Assembly (NCBI GenBank): GCA_963560095.1
Contig: CAUWNE010000003.1
Span: forward strand, 4,828-68,827
DNA: 64,000 bases
Direction: 5' to 3'
Source: an uncultured Dysosmobacter sp.
Lineage (GTDB): Bacteria; Bacillota; Clostridia; Oscillospirales; Oscillospiraceae
Shown: positions 54,898 through 62,760 of the stretch, piece by piece
Numbering within the stretch: position 1 is the first letter of the stretch
How the letters are laid out: every line of letters begins with the position of its first letter
The notes under the pieces: generated by a model
What the model was told of the DNA's origin: nothing
Database searches by the model: none
Seen by the model: the letters and a program-made list of their open reading frames with translations, nothing else
Translations under genes and position numbers: made by a program

Positions 54898-55371
54898 GTG
54901 AGTCCCACGGAGAAACGGGGCGTGAAAATCGCGGCACAAAACCGCAAGGCCTTCCACGACTACTTCGTGGAGGATCGATATGAGGCGGGCGTCCAGCTGG
55001 CGGGCACCGAGGTCAAGTCCATCCGCGCCGGCACGCTGAACCTCAAGGACTCCTACTGCACCGTGAAGGACGGAGAGCTGTGGGTGCACAGCCTGCACAT
55101 CTCCCCCTATGAAAAGGGGAACATCTTCAACAAGGACCCTGTCCGCCCCCGGCGGCTGCTGATGCACAAGCGGGAGATCCGCAAGCTCCACGCCCTGGTC
55201 CAGCGGGACGGCTACACCCTGGTGCCGCTGTCCGTCTACTTCAAGGACGCCCGGGTGAAGGTAGAGGTGGGCGTGTGCAAGGGCAAGAAGAACTATGACA
55301 AGCGGGACGCCGCCGCCAAACGGGACGCCAGCCGGGAGATCGACCGGACCATGAAAGAGCGCAATCGCTGA
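54898..55371 (+). CDS. smpB: SsrA-binding protein SmpB
   Basis: KIAAQNRKAFHDYFVEDRYEAGVQLAGTEVKSIRAG. Start uncertain (GTG 54898 overlaps the RBS; GTG 54922 is an alternative). TGgTATACT -10 at 54866-54874. Confidence 0.9.
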   Translation: MSPTEKRGVKIAAQNRKAFHDYFVEDRYEAGVQLAGTEVKSIRAGTLNLKDSYCTVKDGELWVHSLHISPYEKGNIFNKDPVRPRRLLMHKREIRKLHALVQRDGYTLVPLSVYFKDARVKVEVGVCKGKKNYDKRDAAAKRDASREIDRTMKERNR

Positions 55372-55424
55372 ACCGCCGCGTGAAAAAACCGCCCCGCCGG
55401 GCGGAGGAGAAAGGAATTACTGAT

Positions 55425-55958
55425 ATGTCTGATGTGAAAAATCCCATTGTCACCATCACCATGGCCGATGGCCGGGTCATGAAGGGCGAGCTCTACCCCG
55501 ACAAGGCCCCCAATACCGTCAATAACTTCATCGCCCTGGCCGGCAAGGGCTTTTATAACGGCTTGACCTTCCACCGGGTCATCCCCGGCTTCATGATCCA
55601 GGGCGGCTGCCCCCAGGGCACCGGCATGGGCGGCCCCGGCTATGAGATCGACGGCGAGTTTGCCGCAAACGGCTTCCGCCAGAACGACCTGGTCCACGAG
55701 ACGGGCGTGCTCTCCATGGCCCGGACCATGGCCCCCAACTCCGCCGGCAGCCAGTTCTTTGTGATGGTGGCCCCCGCCCCCCATCTGGACGGGCAGTATG
55801 CCGCCTTCGGCAAGATCACCGAGGGCGCGGACGTGGCCGTGGACATCTCCCGGGTGCCCCGGGACATGCGCAACGACAAGCCCAAGACGCCGGTGGTGAT
55901 CAAGTCGGTCCAGGTGGACACCCAGGGCGTGGCCTACCCCGCCCCCGAGACCCACTGA
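55425..55958 (+). CDS. Cyclophilin-type peptidyl-prolyl cis-trans isomerase
   Basis: FHRVIPGFMIQGG and SMARTMAPNSAGSQFF motifs. Start at MSDVKNPIV. Confidence 0.95.
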   Translation: MSDVKNPIVTITMADGRVMKGELYPDKAPNTVNNFIALAGKGFYNGLTFHRVIPGFMIQGGCPQGTGMGGPGYEIDGEFAANGFRQNDLVHETGVLSMARTMAPNSAGSQFFVMVAPAPHLDGQYAAFGKITEGADVAVDISRVPRDMRNDKPKTPVVIKSVQVDTQGVAYPAPETH

Positions 55959-56010
55959 CCCCGGCGCGCGGACGCAAGTTCCCCGGATTTTTGGAGCGTG
56001 AGGTGATCGG

Positions 56011-56769
56011 ATGAAGACCGCGATCATTACCGGAGCGTCCTCGGGCCTTGGCCGGGAGCTGGTCCGGCAGATCGAGAGCGTGTTCCCGGAGATCGAATGC
56101 TACTGGCTGATCGCCCGCCGGGAAAGCCGCCTGGCGGCCCTGGCGGAGTCCCTGCCGGAAAAGCAGGTGGTGTGTATGCCGTTGGACCTGTGCGACCCCA
56201 TGAGCTTTATGACGCTGCGGGAGAAGCTGGCCGCCGATCAGCCGGAGGTCAGTCTGCTGGTGAACAATGCCGGCTGCGGGTACCTGGGCAGGATCGGCGA
56301 GGCGGATACCTCCACCCAGACCCGGATGGTGGATCTGAATGTGCGGGCGTTGACGGCGGTGACCAACCTGGTGGTGCCCTATATGGGCCCCGGGGGACGG
56401 ATCTTGAATGTGTCCTCCATCGCCGCCTTCTGCCCCACGCCCCGGATGACCGTCTATTCCGCGGGCAAGGCCTATGTCAGCGCCTATACCGTGGGCGCGG
56501 CGGAGGAGCTGCGGGAAAAGGGGATCACCGTCACGGCGGTGTGCCCCGCCCCCATGAAGACGGAGTTTTTGGACGTGGGGAACATCGCGGGCAATTCCCG
56601 GATGTTCGAGCGCCTGCCCTACTGCGACCAGGTCCAGGTGGCCGGCGGCGCTCTGCGGGCGGCCCGGGCGGGCCGGACGATCTACACGCCCCGGCTGTTT
56701 TATAAGGTGTACCGGGCCCTGGCCAAGGTCACCCCGGTCAAGCTGATGGTCAAATTCACAAAAACGTGA
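56011..56769 (+). CDS. Short-chain dehydrogenase/reductase (SDR)
   Basis: TGASSGLG cofactor motif and YSAGK catalytic motif. Confidence 0.9.
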   Translation: MKTAIITGASSGLGRELVRQIESVFPEIECYWLIARRESRLAALAESLPEKQVVCMPLDLCDPMSFMTLREKLAADQPEVSLLVNNAGCGYLGRIGEADTSTQTRMVDLNVRALTAVTNLVVPYMGPGGRILNVSSIAAFCPTPRMTVYSAGKAYVSAYTVGAAEELREKGITVTAVCPAPMKTEFLDVGNIAGNSRMFERLPYCDQVQVAGGALRAARAGRTIYTPRLFYKVYRALAKVTPVKLMVKFTKT

Positions 56770-56887
56770 TTTGTCACGGAATTGTAACACTTAGATTAGG
56801 AATTGCAAGCGGTTGAGTGTGCTAGTGTGTTCGTGCTGTGAACATGAGAAAAGACCGGTCCCTTTGAGAGGGGCCGGTCTTTTCGTC

Positions 56888-57343
56888 TTATCGCTCCCAG
56901 CTGCGGCGCTGGATGTCCTGCACGGTCTCAATCCCGGGGCGCTGCTTCTTCAGCTCCTCGAATCGGGTCAGGGCTTTCCGGCGCTCCTTGCCGGGGTAGT
57001 GCTCGTTCAGCTCTTTGACGGTGGTGCCGTCCTCGTAGGTCCGCACGATCCGAACGTAGTAGTCTACCCCCTGATTCCTCCAATGGGGGTCCCGCTCGAT
57101 CTCCAGCCGCTCCTGGTATGGCGCCGTTGCCAGCTGTGCATATCGGGCCGCCAGGTCCTGCCGGTACTCTTGCAGAGCTTGGATCATTTCGGAACACTCC
57201 TTGATGATCCGGGCGGCGCTCTCGTCATAGTGCCGGACCTTATCCGCCGTCAGCTTCTCAGGCCGCAGCAGATACCCGCTGATCCGGATATCTGCCTCGG
57301 CGCTGGGACTGCCATAGCGGCGGAACAGGTGGTCATAACTCAT
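56888..57343 (-). CDS. Hypothetical phage-region protein (151 aa)
   Basis: GGAGGT RBS, coherent codon bias, no recognised domain. Confidence 0.6.
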   Translation of the reverse strand: MSYDHLFRRYGSPSAEADIRISGYLLRPEKLTADKVRHYDESAARIIKECSEMIQALQEYRQDLAARYAQLATAPYQERLEIERDPHWRNQGVDYYVRIVRTYEDGTTVKELNEHYPGKERRKALTRFEELKKQRPGIETVQDIQRRSWER

Positions 57344-57363
57344 TGGGTGACCTCCTTTCCCGA

Positions 57364-57573
57364 TCAGTCTTTCTGGTAAATTTCATCCGTGCTGCCGTCC
57401 TCATAGTAGACATTGATCCGGCACCAGTTGTTATTCTGGGCCGTTGTCAGCCGGTAGAAGTGGCCTGCCTCGCTGCGGCCCTCCTCGATAATCACCGGTT
57501 CCTCGTCCTGATTTTTGGCCAGAACGGGCAGGGACCTGCCCTCCATCAGTCTCTTGATTTCCTTGTATGTCAT
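57364..57573 (-). CDS. Hypothetical small protein (69 aa)
   Basis: AAGGAGG RBS before MTYKEIKRLMEG. Confidence 0.6.
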   Translation of the reverse strand: MTYKEIKRLMEGRSLPVLAKNQDEEPVIIEEGRSEAGHFYRLTTAQNNNWCRINVYYEDGSTDEIYQKD

Positions 57574-57586
57574 ACTCTGTTCCTCC

Positions 57587-57793
57587 TTAGTCGTAAATGA
57601 AATTTTCCGCGCCGATGTACTCCCCAAACTGGTAATCTTCATCGGTGACACCGCTGTACCAAGTGAGCGGGCCATGCTTTTCTTCAAAGTCAATCAGCTT
57701 CTCCATGCAGGATTCTTCGCTACTGCCGCCCACAGTGATTTCCTCGCCGTCGGTATAGGTTCCGACCATCTTCCACGGCCACAAAATGTTCAT
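57587..57793 (-). CDS. Hypothetical small acidic protein (68 aa)
   Basis: GGAGGAA RBS. ATGA overlap with the upstream 37-aa ORF. Confidence 0.6.
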   Translation of the reverse strand: MNILWPWKMVGTYTDGEEITVGGSSEESCMEKLIDFEEKHGPLTWYSGVTDEDYQFGEYIGAENFIYD

Positions 57794-57903
57794 GCTCTGT
57801 TCCTCCTTTTGGCTGGGGCTTCGATGGCGTCAATGATCTTGAAAAGCCAGCTGGTCACGGTGGTGACGCCGATCCCCACCAGGGCCAGGGCGGGGGCGCT
57901 CAT
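57790..57903 (-). CDS. 37-aa single-TM peptide (below the ORF-track cutoff)
   Basis: MSAPALALVGIGVTTVTSWLFKIIDAIEAPAKRRNRA. ATGA overlaps at both ends couple it to its neighbours. Confidence 0.45.
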   Translation of the reverse strand: MSAPALALVGIGVTTVTSWLFKIIDAIEAPAKRRNRA

Positions 57904-58133
57904 GCGCTCACCCTCCGCAGGTACAGCGTGACGCAGTCTCGGCCACCCTCGCGGGTAATGCTCCAGTGGTCATACTCATAGACCGCGCCGTTGATGGTCA
58001 GCTGCGCAACGCAGAAGAAGCGGGAGCCATAAGTAACGCCGGGGGTCTGGTCGGCGCATCGCTTCATCAGTCCGGCGGGGGTGAAGTTCTCGCGCGGGTC
58101 GGTGTATAGCTTGATTTCGTGCATCATCGTCAT
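57900..58133 (-). CDS. Hypothetical small protein (77 aa)
   Basis: GGAGGTT RBS before MTMMHEIKLYTDP. Confidence 0.6.
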   Translation of the reverse strand: MTMMHEIKLYTDPRENFTPAGLMKRCADQTPGVTYGSRFFCVAQLTINGAVYEYDHWSITREGGRDCVTLYLRRVSA

Positions 58134-58158
58134 AACCTCCGATCTGGACGCCTCCCGG

Positions 58159-58662
58159 TCAGGCCGGGAGGGCGTCGGAGCCAGCGCCGCCGCGGGTGAA
58201 GGTGGTGGAGCCGTACTTGCTGCGGATCTGGGCCATGGTCTTGGTGCCCTTGTGCCACTTGGCACCCTCTTCGGCAAAGTGCCAGGACCAGAGCTTCTTT
58301 GCGGAGGACCAGCGGCAGCCCGCCGCTTTCAGGGCCTCCTTGTGGGTCTTGGTGTTGCCGCCGATCCACAGCCACCGGCCGCAGAGCTCGATTTCCAGCC
58401 CGTCCAGCTTCAACAGCGCGTTGATGATGGCGATAAAGTCGCCGGCGCTCTCCGTGGTGGCACGGGTCTTGCCCGTGGTATCCTCGGCGGCCTGCTCGTT
58501 CTGAGACCGTTTCAGGACCTCGAAGCGGGCTTCATACTCGGCGTTGATCGCCTGCATGGTGGCCGTGTCGCCGCCCATGTCCGGGTGGTACTTCATCGCG
58601 GCGGCCTTGTAGGCCTTTTTCAGCGCGTCCAGGGTCTTGCAGTTCACAAAATACTTTGTCAT
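58159..58662 (-). CDS. J-domain (DnaJ N-terminal domain) protein with uncharacterised C-terminal domain
   Basis: LKKAYKAAAMKYHPDMGGD contains the HPD motif. C-terminus is IELCGRWLWIGGNTKTHKEALKAAGCRWSSAKKLWSWH. Confidence 0.8.
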   Translation of the reverse strand: MTKYFVNCKTLDALKKAYKAAAMKYHPDMGGDTATMQAINAEYEARFEVLKRSQNEQAAEDTTGKTRATTESAGDFIAIINALLKLDGLEIELCGRWLWIGGNTKTHKEALKAAGCRWSSAKKLWSWHFAEEGAKWHKGTKTMAQIRSKYGSTTFTRGGAGSDALPA

Positions 58663-58714
58663 GGTGGGTTCCTCCTGTATGTTAATTTGTCGTGGTTGCT
58701 TGGGATGGCCTAAT

Positions 58715-58837
58715 CATAGTCGACTATGCATGCATTGTCAAGCAGGGTTTTGCAGGTTTGGAGGATGTCACAAGCTGCGGCCCTGCCTGTTGTGCGTTTT
58801 GACTATGCTTGCATTGTCGGGCCCTATATGGTATAAT
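58715..58837. promoter_or_regulatory. Divergent control region with repeated operators and an extended -10 promoter for the RHH gene
   Basis: GACTATGC(A/T)TGCATTGTC occurs at 58722-58739 and 58801-58818. Palindrome CATAGTCGACTATG at 58715-58728. TGgTATAAT at 58829-58837. Confidence 0.6.
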
Positions 58838-58869
58838 ACAGCATCAAACCAGAGCAGGGAGGTGAGCAG

Positions 58870-59070
58870 ATGGGAGACCGGACCGAACGCAACCGCAGAA
58901 CGGCCCCGGCGCGGAATCTGTACAACGCGCGGACCTATGACAGCATCACGTTCCGGCTACGGCTGGATGGCTCCGACGGTGTGACCAGAGACCAGATCAC
59001 AGCAGCCGCCCAGGCCGCAGGCCAGAGCGTCAATTCTTGGATCATTGAGGCCATCCGGGACAAGCTGTGA
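58870..59070 (+). CDS. Ribbon-helix-helix (Arc/CopG-like) DNA-binding protein
   Basis: 66 aa with C-terminus GQSVNSWIIEAIRDKL typical of RHH proteins. GGGAGGTG RBS. Confidence 0.7.
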   Translation: MGDRTERNRRTAPARNLYNARTYDSITFRLRLDGSDGVTRDQITAAAQAAGQSVNSWIIEAIRDKL

Positions 59071-59894
59071 TCCCCCTCCTGATGCCCCCTTAATGGTCCC
59101 CTTCCCCCCAGACCCCCTATCCCCCCTATAATCCCCCCTTTACCTCCCCCTGTAACGGAAGGACTGTTCCCCCTTGTCAGGGGGAACATGTCCGTTCCAC
59201 AGGGTACAGGGAAAGAGGGAGAATCGCCCGGTTGCCCCTGGTGGGCACCGGGCTTTCTCTTTGCCCAGGTGGTGGGGATCTGCATGGGGATTAGCTGTGG
59301 GGATGGTGTCTGATGTGATATTAGTATTTCTTATGACTATGACGGAAGGCAGAAGCGGAAGTGATAAAAAACGCGAGGGAGACCGCCGCTCCGGCTGGGG
59401 GCCGGGCGGCTCTTCCCTGCTGATCTGCCCGCTGGAGGGGGCCGAAGAGACGGGGCGACGCGCCGCCGATCTGGCGAGAGATTTAAGAGACTATTAACAG
59501 CAAAGGTAGGATTTCCAAGGGATTGCGGGCAATCTGTGTCCTGACTGTGTCGGCTATGCCGGATCTGCGGGGGCGGGGCAAGGGCGATTCGACCCAGGCG
59601 GCGGGGCTGGGGGTGTGGCCCTGGCTGGCTGATCCTTGCAGGCAGGCGGGTGAGAGCTGGGGGGGATGGGGGTAGCGGAAAAAGCGGCGGCCTCTCTCAG
59701 GACGGGGGGAGAGTATTTCCACACCCATTCTCGGCCCCATCCCAGACATGGGGTGGCGGAAAAGAGGGCGGGGGCATTTGGAATGCCGGACAGGAAATCA
59801 TCAGGGACCCCTTCTTGGGCTTTCAGAATTTCAAAGTTTTTTCTCTGCGTTATGCTGCAGGGAAAGTGTGGTATGGTGTTAGTGGGGAATCTAT
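59071..59894 (+). ncRNA. Candidate large structured non-coding RNA (ROOL/GOLLD-like context); identity unverified
   Basis: 824 nt with no RBS-supported ORF on either strand. Numerous local hairpins. 5' C-tracts and 3' G-tracts on the same strand. Lies in the phage region directly upstream of a tRNA-like gene. Confidence 0.3.
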
Positions 59895-59971
59895 GACAGG
59901 GTGCCCGGAGAAGGTTCCGGACCGGCCTCATAAGCCGGAAGACGCGGGTTCGAGTCCCGCCCCTGCCCCCA
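59895..59971 (+). tRNA. tRNA-like gene, anticodon CAT, with encoded CCA and non-canonical features
   Basis: Hand fold: acceptor GACAGGG/CCCTGCC (A2-C71 mismatch), anticodon arm CCGGC-CTCATAA-GCCGG, T arm GCGGG-TTCGAGT-CCCGC, then C-CCA. The D arm needs either one mismatch or a 3-nt connector. Confidence 0.55.
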
Positions 59972-60001
59972 AAAGCAGTATGTGACGAACGGAGGGCATA
60001 C

Positions 60002-60304
60002 ATGAAGAGACTGTTTATTTCCCAACCTATGAGGGGCAAAGCCGACGCCGAGATTCTGGCGGTTCGTTCCGACGCCGTTCAGGCGGCAAAGGATTCCGTC
60101 GGCGAGGAAGTGGAGGTAATCGACAGTTTCTTCCAGAACGCACCTACTGCCGCCCGCCCCTTGTGGTTCCTTGGTAAGTCTCTGGAACTGCTGTCGGCGG
60201 CGGATATTGCCTATTTTGCATCTGGTTGGACGGATACCCGTGGATGCAGGATAGAACACGCCTGTGCTGTGGAGTATGGGATTCCGGTAATCATTGAGGC
60301 ATAG
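60002..60304 (+). CDS. DUF4406 / nucleoside 2-deoxyribosyltransferase-like small protein
   Basis: LFISQPMRGK...AADIAYFASGWTDTRGCRIEHACAVEYGIPVI pattern. GGAGGG RBS. Confidence 0.6.
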   Translation: MKRLFISQPMRGKADAEILAVRSDAVQAAKDSVGEEVEVIDSFFQNAPTAARPLWFLGKSLELLSAADIAYFASGWTDTRGCRIEHACAVEYGIPVIIEA

Positions 60305-60349
60305 CAGGCCCCACACGGGTCGGCGGAGAGCCTGGAAAGGGGTGGCGGG

Positions 60350-60763
60350 ATGCCGCGCAAGGGTACGAGTCAAAAAGCGAATACCGGAGAGCGGAAGTTC
60401 GCCGACGCCGACGCCTTGACGGCCAAGTGCGAGGAGTATTTCCAGGCGTGTGACGCTTCCGGCCGGCTGTATGGCGAGGCCGGATTGGCGCTGCACCTGG
60501 GCGTGACGCTGATCACGCTGCACCGGTGGTATGACGGGGAGCGGTGTCCGGATCTCCAGGAGGCGGTCCAGATGGCCTATCTGCGCATCCAGGAGCAGGT
60601 GGAGAGCGACCCGGCCTATGCGGAAAAGGGCATGGTCACCAAGTCCATCTTCCTGATGAAGCAGCCCCGGCTGGGCGGCAAGCAGGACCGTGTGGAGGCC
60701 AAGCAGGACATCTCTGTGAACGTGAAGATGGGCGAGAACGTGGACGAATCGGACTTCAAGTGA
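60350..60763 (+). CDS. terS: Phage terminase small subunit
   Basis: N-terminal HTH-type region FQACDASGRLYGEAGLALHLGVTLITLHRW and C-terminus IFLMKQPRLGGKQD, typical of terS proteins. Confidence 0.65.
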   Translation: MPRKGTSQKANTGERKFADADALTAKCEEYFQACDASGRLYGEAGLALHLGVTLITLHRWYDGERCPDLQEAVQMAYLRIQEQVESDPAYAEKGMVTKSIFLMKQPRLGGKQDRVEAKQDISVNVKMGENVDESDFK

Positions 60764-60776
60764 CGGAGGGGCTTTT

Positions 60777-61025
60777 GTGGAAGTGATTTTGTTGGGCATC
60801 CTGATCGGGCTGGCGATCCCGTCGGCTGTGTATCACGGGATGGAGCTGCGGCGGATCTGGCGCCTGGAGCGGGAGCGGTCCAATGAGCGCCAGGTCCAGG
60901 CCGCTATGGACGAGGCTGCGGAGGAGGAGAGCCGCCGGAGCCGCCAGATGGACGAGGGATTTGAAAACCTGATGAACTACGCGGTCAAGCTGGGCCGCGG
61001 TGTGGAGACGGGGGGCGCGCCGTGA
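60777..61025 (+). CDS. Small membrane/coiled-coil protein (82 aa)
   Basis: GTG start. N-terminal TM segment ILLGILIGLAIPSAV followed by a charged helix. Confidence 0.45.
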   Translation: MEVILLGILIGLAIPSAVYHGMELRRIWRLERERSNERQVQAAMDEAAEEESRRSRQMDEGFENLMNYAVKLGRGVETGGAP

Positions 61026-61459
61026 GGACGGTACAGGAGATCTTTGACGAGACCATCCACCTGATCGACGGGCAGAACGAGTCCACCGGGGCGACGCTGA
61101 CCTCGGACACGAAGGAGTACGCCCTGCGGACGCCCAACTGTCTGAACCAGATTTTGAACATGGCCTATCCATACAGCGACACCTACCAGGCAAGAGCCGA
61201 CGGCAGGCGGCCCACCCACCGGGCGGTCACGGAGATGACGGACACGGTGGAAATGGATGATTACATCTGCATGAGCGTTCTTCCCGCCGGCCTTGCCGCC
61301 CGGCTGCTGGTGGAGGAGAATCCGGACGTGGCCGCCTTTTATCAGCAGACCTTTGAGGAGTGCCTGGCGATGGCTCGGGCCAGTCTTCCGGCCACGGTGG
61401 AATCCGTGGAGGATGTGTATGGCTGTACCCTGGAATATGGGGAGTTCAGCCGATGGTGA
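61022..61459 (+). CDS. Hypothetical phage protein (145 aa)
   Basis: GTGA overlap with the preceding ORF, coherent coding bias, no recognised domain. Confidence 0.55.
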   Translation: MRTVQEIFDETIHLIDGQNESTGATLTSDTKEYALRTPNCLNQILNMAYPYSDTYQARADGRRPTHRAVTEMTDTVEMDDYICMSVLPAGLAARLLVEENPDVAAFYQQTFEECLAMARASLPATVESVEDVYGCTLEYGEFSRW

Positions 61460-61653
61460 AGGATGGTTGGTATTGCTGCCCAACGTGCGGCAAGCGCATC
61501 CAGAAACTGGAGAGCGGCAGCGTGATCTACGGAACCCCCCTGCGGTGCCGGGTGTGCAAGGTGGATTGGTACCCCACGATCTTTCAGGGGTTAGAACTTG
61601 GGGATGACGAGCCCTTTCCCATGAGAAGCGAAGAGACAAGTGAACATTTGTAG
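61453..61653 (+). CDS. Cysteine-rich zinc-ribbon protein (KTR-type)
   Basis: WYCCPTCGKRI...LRCRVCKVDWYP. Overlaps the previous stop. Confidence 0.6.
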   Translation: MVKDGWYCCPTCGKRIQKLESGSVIYGTPLRCRVCKVDWYPTIFQGLELGDDEPFPMRSEETSEHL

Positions 61654-61795
61654 GCCTTCAGAGCGCTAGACGCCATAGGCAGTGAGAGAGATCTTGCTGT
61701 GCTATGGCGTCTTTTTGTTTTTGATCAGATCCGGCGCAGACCAGCGCCGCTGAAATATGATCCGCCCAAGACCAGGGCGGGGAAAGAGGACACAC

Positions 61796-62704
61796 ATGGA
61801 AGAGAACACCAGCACCGCTGTGGATCTGGAGCAGACCAGCGACGGTTTCATGGAGGGATGGGATGAGGAGCCGGTGACCGCAGCGGCAGACCAGCCGGAG
61901 GCGGAAACTGAGGAACAGCGCCAGCCGGAGGCGGAGCCCCCTGTGGATGAAATGTCCGCAGGCGGTGAGGAATCTATCCGCTTGGAGGCCGGCGCCCAGG
62001 AGCCTGCGCAGGTACAGCAGACGGCGGACGCGCCGGAGGAGCCTGTACAGCAGACCCCACGGGTATGGAACCTGCGGTACATGGACGATGTGCGCCAGGT
62101 TGGCGAATCGGACATGGTGGCCCTGGCCCAGAAGGGCCTGGACTATGACCGCATCCGGACCCGCTATGACGAGAGCAAGCCCGTGATGGAGCTGTTTGGC
62201 AGCTTTGCCCAGCAAGCCGGCATGACCATCCCGGAGTACGTGGCCCACATCCGGACCCAGGCCAAGCAGGCCCAGGGTCTCAGCGAGCCGGAGGCCCGCC
62301 GGGAGGTGGCGCTGGAGGACCGGGAAGCCGTTGTTGCAGCGGCAGAGGCCCAGCGGCAGGCGCTGGCAAACGCCCAGCAGTCCGAGGCAGCAGCCCGTCA
62401 GCGGGAGGATGCCCGCCGGATGGCGGATATCCAGAGATTTCAGGAAAAATTTCCCGACGCGGCAAGGGACCCTAAGAGCATCCCGCAGGAAGTGTGGGAG
62501 AAGGTGCGCAGCGGCGTTTCCCTGGTGGAGAGCTACCAGGACTATTTGCTGGCCCAGGCGGAAACGGCCCGGGCGGAGGCAGAGCAGAGAGCCGCTGCCA
62601 GCGCACAGAACCAGACCAACGCCGTTCGGACCACCGGAAGCATGCGGTCCGCCGGGGAAAATCTCCCCAGCCGGGACCCGTTCCTGGAGGGCTGGAACAG
62701 CTGA
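61796..62704 (+). CDS. Phage scaffold-like protein (acidic N-terminus, A/E/Q/R-rich coiled coil)
   Basis: Directly precedes the capsid gene. GGAAAGAGGA RBS. Composition is typical of scaffolding proteins. Confidence 0.55.
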   Translation: MEENTSTAVDLEQTSDGFMEGWDEEPVTAAADQPEAETEEQRQPEAEPPVDEMSAGGEESIRLEAGAQEPAQVQQTADAPEEPVQQTPRVWNLRYMDDVRQVGESDMVALAQKGLDYDRIRTRYDESKPVMELFGSFAQQAGMTIPEYVAHIRTQAKQAQGLSEPEARREVALEDREAVVAAAEAQRQALANAQQSEAAARQREDARRMADIQRFQEKFPDAARDPKSIPQEVWEKVRSGVSLVESYQDYLLAQAETARAEAEQRAAASAQNQTNAVRTTGSMRSAGENLPSRDPFLEGWNS

Positions 62705-62760
62705 GTTAGACGACCTCGGGTCCTCTGCCCGTCGGCGCGACGAAAGAGAGGACAATTTCC

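Noticed and set aside
54510-54983. 157-aa ORF reading through the microsatellite as SALLCSALLCSALLC.
   Set aside because: It has no RBS, overlaps the HTH gene 3' end and the smpB start in another frame, and its composition is driven solely by the CTCTG repeat.
59174-59497. 107-aa ORF (and an internal 54-aa ATG ORF) inside the phage non-coding region.
   Set aside because: Its TTG start lies within a hairpin. It has no RBS and a G/R/W-rich improbable composition. The internal ATG at ~59333 also lacks an RBS.
59577-59971. Possible tmRNA (ssrA). smpB lies 4.5 kb upstream. GGCGGGGCAAGGGCGATTCGAC resembles a tmRNA 5' end. The 3' end GACGCGGGTTCGAGTCCCGCCCCTGCCCCCA resembles a tmRNA T-arm and acceptor, and the 395-nt span fits.
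   Set aside because: No tag reading frame ending in a hydrophobic ...LAA-type peptide plus stop could be found. The would-be acceptor stem has C3-G70 instead of the G3-U70 alanine identity pair. The 3' 77 nt fold on their own into a complete cloverleaf with a CAT anticodon.
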